Below are positions 59,608 to 64,000 of a stretch of 64,000 nucleotides of DNA, in pieces. Under the pieces are notes generated by a model. It searched no databases and was not told where the DNA came from. It worked only from the letters and a program-made list of their open reading frames with translations. Position numbers and translations under genes: made by a program. The stretch is from Candidatus Omnitrophota bacterium (lineage in GTDB: Bacteria > Omnitrophota > Gorgyraeia > Tantalellales > Tantalellaceae), in assembly GCA_024277375.1 (NCBI GenBank), contig JAJRVD010000041.1, positions 2,323-66,322 of the forward strand, read 5' to 3'. Position 1 is the first letter of the stretch, and the number at the start of each line of letters is the position of its first letter.

Positions 59608-61653
59608 ATGAAAATAAGCTACAACTGGATAAAAGAATACGTAAAGTTAAAAGCGAATTCCGAGGAACTCGCGAAAGGTCTTACTATGTCCGGTTCGGAA
59701 GTGGAGGGCATAGAGTCGCGTGAAGGCGACCAGATCATGGGCTTGGAAATTACTTCCAACCGGCCCGATTGCCTTAATATGGTAGGCATGGCAAGAGAAG
59801 CTTCGGCGGTTTTTGATGTGGACTTACGGCTTCCCGATATGGGTATCGCGCCCGCGGTAGCCGCCCCGGGCGGCCCCGAAGTGGAATGCGTGATTAAAAA
59901 TACAGATTTATGTCCGAAGTATACCGCCAGGATCATATCGGGTGTTAATGTTTCTCCGGGTGAGGGCAAAATATCCGAAAGGATACAGTCTCTGGGCGTG
60001 CGTCCGGTAAACAATATAGTAGACATTACTAATTTTTGTCTGATGGAGTCAGGCCAGCCGTTACACGCGTTTGACCTGGATAAGATAAAAGGTGAGAAGA
60101 TAATTATTCGTGAAGCGACTGACGGAGAAAAAATAACGACCATTGACGGGATCGAAAGAAAGCTTAACAAGGGCATGCTTGTGATCGCGGATGAGTCGGA
60201 CCCGATAGCCATAGCGGGTATAATGGGCGGCAAAAATACTGAAGTTACCGAAACCACCAGAAATATCCTTTTGGAAAGCGCGTATTTTGAGCCGATATCC
60301 ATACGCCGGACGGGTAGAGTATTGGCGCTTTCGAGTGATTCCAGCTATCGGTTTGAGCGCGGTGTTGATAGAGGTATGATAAACGCGGCTTCTGACAGGG
60401 CGACAGCTCTCATAGTTTCTGAAGCGGGCGGGACAATACATGACTTTTATGAAGAGGGTAACCTTACGGCGGAGAAAGTGTCAATAGACCTGGATGTAGA
60501 CCGCGCGGGAAATACGCTTGGTATTCTTCTCGGAAAAGATCAGGTAATGCACATACTGCAGAGACTGGGGATGGAAGTCGAAGATGAAGGTATGTCCAAG
60601 ATAAAAGTAATCGTGCCGACGTTTCGGGAAGACCTCCAAAAAGAAATAGATCTCGTTGAAGAGATCGCGCGAATTTACGGGTACGATAAAATACCGACAA
60701 CAGTCGCCAGGATCGTTCCGCAGATCGTGAGAAAGGAATACTCTCGGCGTGTAATAGAAAAATTACATGAAGTTCTTCCTTCGGCGGGATTGAACGAGAT
60801 AATGACTTATAGTTTAATAAGCGAAGCGGCCGTTCAAAGACACGCGGCCATTACTAAAGATCCGGTCGAGTTGGCAAACCCGTTATCGGAAGACCAGAAA
60901 ATATTAACGCCACAGCTGTTAGACGGGATGCTAAAATCCATTTCCTGGAATATAAACAGGAACAATAAAGACCTGGGCCTCTTCGAGATCGGGAAAATTT
61001 ACTCTAAAGGAAGCGGGAAAGAAAAATTTATTGAAACACCTGCTTTATGTGTAGCGTTGTCGGGTGTTCTGAGAAAGAATTGGTCGGAAGACGCGCGCGA
61101 AGCTCACCTGTATGATCTCAAAGGTGTAATAGAGCTCGTTTTCCGTAAGATGTCTATCTCGGCCGGTTTTAAAAAGACAAACATTGAGGGGTTAAAAGCG
61201 GCCACCGAAGTAAGGCTTGACGGGGAAAAAGAAAGTATTGGGTTCATGGGTGCGGTTGATAAACCCCTGTTGAACCAGTATAACATAGAGCAACCCGTTT
61301 TTATCGCGCAAATAAAACTGGATAAAGTTATAGAGAAAGCCACCTTAGCTACACGTTATCGGGCTATTCCCCGATTCCCGTTTTCGTCGAGAGATATATC
61401 CATCCTTTGTGACGAGGCCCTTGCCTCCTCAGAGATATACAACATTCTTTCCTCTTCGGCGGAAGAGATCATCCGCGGTGTTGAATTGGTGGATACGTAT
61501 GAAGGCAAACAGATAGAAGCCGGCAAAAAAAGTCTTACATATAGTGTTAAGTACGGACTGGACACGCGTACTTTAACAGACGAAGAGATCGATCCCGTTC
61601 ATTCTAAAATAAAAGATACTTTACAAAAAAAATTAGGCGTCTCCTTTCGATAG
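59608..61653 (+). CDS. pheT: Phenylalanine-tRNA ligase beta (short form lacking B2 OB domain)
   Basis: MKISYNW leads directly to ITSNRPDCL; also GQPLHAFD, RFERGVD, DLVEEIARIYGY and an FDX-ACB domain. Confidence 0.95.
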   Translation: MKISYNWIKEYVKLKANSEELAKGLTMSGSEVEGIESREGDQIMGLEITSNRPDCLNMVGMAREASAVFDVDLRLPDMGIAPAVAAPGGPEVECVIKNTDLCPKYTARIISGVNVSPGEGKISERIQSLGVRPVNNIVDITNFCLMESGQPLHAFDLDKIKGEKIIIREATDGEKITTIDGIERKLNKGMLVIADESDPIAIAGIMGGKNTEVTETTRNILLESAYFEPISIRRTGRVLALSSDSSYRFERGVDRGMINAASDRATALIVSEAGGTIHDFYEEGNLTAEKVSIDLDVDRAGNTLGILLGKDQVMHILQRLGMEVEDEGMSKIKVIVPTFREDLQKEIDLVEEIARIYGYDKIPTTVARIVPQIVRKEYSRRVIEKLHEVLPSAGLNEIMTYSLISEAAVQRHAAITKDPVELANPLSEDQKILTPQLLDGMLKSISWNINRNNKDLGLFEIGKIYSKGSGKEKFIETPALCVALSGVLRKNWSEDAREAHLYDLKGVIELVFRKMSISAGFKKTNIEGLKAATEVRLDGEKESIGFMGAVDKPLLNQYNIEQPVFIAQIKLDKVIEKATLATRYRAIPRFPFSSRDISILCDEALASSEIYNILSSSAEEIIRGVELVDTYEGKQIEAGKKSLTYSVKYGLDTRTLTDEEIDPVHSKIKDTLQKKLGVSFR

Positions 61654-61727
61654 CGTAGGAGCGGCCTCCGGCCGCTTATTTATCGCAAGACCTTGCGGGC
61701 ACAGAGACGAAGTGATATAATCTAGTT

Positions 61728-61885
61728 AACACTTCCTGTCGAATTTGTGAAGCGGAACGCAGAATTGGGCCAACACTTTAATATCGGGAATCTAACTTCG
61801 GGAATTTTTAAAAAATTGTCGAGAGGGTACCCACCTGGGAATACCAGGCCACCAATTCTCTTTTCGTGCACGGTTTGATGGTTCT
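61728..61885 (+). ncRNA. ssrS: Probable 6S RNA
   Basis: Own promoter (TTGCGG-17-TATAAT, 61693-61721); GGTACCCACCTG motif; gaattggg/ccaattc pairing; position after pheT; terminator follows. Ends are approximate. Confidence 0.65.
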
Positions 61886-61886
61886 A

Positions 61887-61911
61887 GGGCCGGATTTATC
61901 CGGCCCTTTTT
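61887..61911 (+). terminator. Intrinsic terminator
   Basis: gggccggat-tt-atccggcccttttt. Confidence 0.8.
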
Positions 61912-62049
61912 ATTTCTGACTCCAGGAGGGTATGGTATGTTCCTACCAGGCATAGCCTGTACGGAACATACCATACCCTCCTGTGAACAGAATACATTAG
62001 GAACACGGATAAAGCTCTATGGGGAGGGGAAAAATAGGTACGAGCCATC

Positions 62050-62092
62050 TTTGGGGCCAGGCCCCAAAGGGCCACCCCTGAGCACAAAAAAA
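62050..62092. repeat. Second copy of the 43-bp GGGGCCAGGCCCC repeat
   Basis: Reverse complement of 35478-35520. Confidence 0.85.
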
Positions 62093-62242
62093 GAGCATAT
62101 TTTACGATTTTTATGTTTGCTGAGGTTCTGGGGGAGAGTCGCTTTGTCATCCCGACCGGAGCGAATGGATCTATTTCATTAGAGATCCTTCCCTGAAACC
62201 CTCTGGTTTCAGGATGACAAGGCTAATACAACAAACGCAAAT

Positions 62243-63553
62243 ATGGATTTTTTTGAGCAGGCAAAAACTAAAATGAAAACCACTATACCTCTTTCGGCGA
62301 GGATGTGCCCCGAAGCCTTAGAAGACTTTTTCGGCCAAAAGCACATAATTGGCGAAGGCAAACTCTTAAAGAGAGCGATAGAGGCGGACAGGATCAGTTC
62401 TGTTATCTTTTACGGTCCTCCAGGTATAGGTAAAACCGCCCTGGCAGTCGTTATATCTAAAACGACAGGCGCACAATTCATTAAACGCAATGCCGTCTCC
62501 AGCAATGTCTCAGATATAAGAAAAGTAATAGAAACAGCCAAAAAACAGAGAGAATTTCAGGGAAAAAAGACTATATTGCTCTTAGACGAGATCCACAGGT
62601 TCAATAAAGCACAGCAGGATGTGCTTCTTCCGGAGGTAGAAGGTGGGAATCTTATATTAGTAGGCACAACAACAGAAAACCCATATTTTTCCGTTAATTC
62701 CGCGCTTATATCGAGAAGTCAGGTGTTTGAATTTAAACCTCTGGAAGAAGAAGATATTCTCCGGGCTTTAAACAAGGCTCTTCGCAACGAGGAAAAAGGT
62801 TTTGGAAAGACGAAAGTTCACGCGGATGAGGAGGCCTTACGTCACCTCGCGAAAATTTCCGATGGGGACCTTCGTAAAGCGTTAGGTGCTTTGGAAATAG
62901 CCGTTCTTACAACTCTGCCTGACAAGAACGGAACGGTCAACCTTACGTTAAAAGAAGCGGAAGAATCCATACAGAAAAAAGCCATAGTATACGATAGGGA
63001 TGGTGACGCGCATTATGATGTTGCCTCGGCCTATATAAAAAGTATGAGAGGAACGGACCCTGACGCGGCACTTTACTGGCTCGCGAAAATGATAGTTGCG
63101 GGAGAAGATCCGCGGTTTGTCGCGAGACGTCTTGTTATATGCGCCTCGGAAGACGTCGGGAACGCCGACCCCCAGGCGCTTGTAGTGGCAAACGCGGCAA
63201 TGCAGGCATCTGATTTTGTCGGGTTTCCCGAAGCGCGGATACTTTTGGCACAGGCAACGGTTTATGTCGCGTGCGCCCCGAAAAGCAATGCTTCATATAT
63301 GGCTATTGATAAAGCGATAAGTGATGTTGAAAAAGAAAGAACGCAGGAAGTCCCGGAGGCCCTTAAGGACGCGAGTTACCCCGGCGCTAAAAAATTAGGA
63401 CACGGTGAAGGATACAAGTACGCGCATTCTTATGACAATCATCATGTGAAACAAGATTACACGCGAAATAAAAAGAAATATTATATCCCGACAAATATGG
63501 GGTATGAGAAGAGGATCAAAGAGTGGCTCGAGAAACTGAACCCCAGATCCTAG
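62243..63553 (+). CDS. rarA: Replication-associated recombination protein RarA/MgsA
   Basis: GPPGIGKT, DEIHRFNKAQQD, TTENP, HYD..SA.IKSMRG.DPDAA and SEDVGNADP motifs. Confidence 0.95.
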   Translation: MDFFEQAKTKMKTTIPLSARMCPEALEDFFGQKHIIGEGKLLKRAIEADRISSVIFYGPPGIGKTALAVVISKTTGAQFIKRNAVSSNVSDIRKVIETAKKQREFQGKKTILLLDEIHRFNKAQQDVLLPEVEGGNLILVGTTTENPYFSVNSALISRSQVFEFKPLEEEDILRALNKALRNEEKGFGKTKVHADEEALRHLAKISDGDLRKALGALEIAVLTTLPDKNGTVNLTLKEAEESIQKKAIVYDRDGDAHYDVASAYIKSMRGTDPDAALYWLAKMIVAGEDPRFVARRLVICASEDVGNADPQALVVANAAMQASDFVGFPEARILLAQATVYVACAPKSNASYMAIDKAISDVEKERTQEVPEALKDASYPGAKKLGHGEGYKYAHSYDNHHVKQDYTRNKKKYYIPTNMGYEKRIKEWLEKLNPRS

Positions 63554-63559
63554 ATATCT

Positions 63560-63616
63560 GCAGGGGTTCGATCCATCGAACCCGATATAAACGGGCTTGA
63601 TAAATCAAGCCCCTAC
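63560..63616. repeat. Free REP doublet (MITE-A core without TIRs)
   Basis: gcaggggttcgatccatcgaacccgatataaacgggcttgataaatcaagcccctac. Confidence 0.85.
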
Positions 63617-63630
63617 AACGATATATAATT

Positions 63631-64000
63631 ATGAAAGAACAGGGAATAGTAATAGAAATAACGGATAGTGAGGCGACTATCCGAATTAACGCGCATGAGG
63701 CGTGTACCAAATGCTGTAGCTGTAAGGGTAAAGACGATCAAACGATCACAATAAGCGGCAAAAAAAGGGAAGGCCTCAATGTCGGGGACAATGTCGAGGT
63801 GGATATAGAAGAAGGCTCCATGCTGAGGGTTTATTCTCTCCTTTATGCCGTGCCTCTGGTGGTATTTGTGGTCGCCATACTTACCTTATATAGCGTCTTA
63901 AGCTCTCCGATCTTAAGTTTCATGGGCGCTATCGCCTTCGTAGTCGTAACATATTTTATTGTAAGCCGTTACATAAAAAAACTCTCCGATCTGGCTCCAA
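63631..64000 (+). CDS. RseC/MucC family protein, runs off right edge
   Basis: Not in the ORF track. Manual translation: MKEQGIVIEI...ACTKCCSC...VGDNVEV...LLYAVPL, followed by two TM helices. Confidence 0.75.
   Translation, partial: MKEQGIVIEITDSEATIRINAHEACTKCCSCKGKDDQTITISGKKREGLNVGDNVEVDIEEGSMLRVYSLLYAVPLVVFVVAILTLYSVLSSPILSFMGAIAFVVVTYFIVSRYIKKLSDLAP

Overview
This window is the chromosomal origin region of a bacterium. My inference is the PVC superphylum, most likely Omnitrophota (OP3), based on the giant signal-peptide protein, H-X-DG pilin-like protein, short PheT/ThrS, split coaC/coaB and E-C-A-B-D-I-K V-ATPase. Genes diverge from a bipartite oriC around dnaA. Leftward: dnaA-dnaN-dciA-gyrB-gyrA, two tRNAs, then PilZ, protease and DHH genes. 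Rightward: rpmH-rnpA-yidD-yidC-jag(N), parS/parAB, a giant protein, a PyrR-attenuated pyr operon, V-ATPase, glmS, rsmI, ndk, yicC-gmk-rpoZ-coaC-coaB, tRNAs, thrS-infC-rpmI-rplT-ktr-pheST, 6S RNA and rarA. Five things stand out. (1) A PAS-PAS-GGDEF(degenerate)-HD-GYP protein begins with what looks like a phage-integrase arm/core DNA-binding segment, and repeated GTGCCCA motifs lie upstream of it. (2) A ~3340-codon secreted protein carries a basic 34-aa TALE/mTERF-like helical repeat array, four GNAT modules, an HExxH motif and HEAT repeats, and is split by one in-frame TAA. (3) A 119-bp MITE (10 copies) carries a GTAG-REP doublet and repeatedly inserts into other palindromic repeats, including a second MITE. 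(4) The same palindrome families sit in-frame inside pyrK and the giant gene. (5) rsmI has a single in-frame TAG. I found no transposase, CRISPR array or rRNA gene. All calls are by eye, with no database searches.
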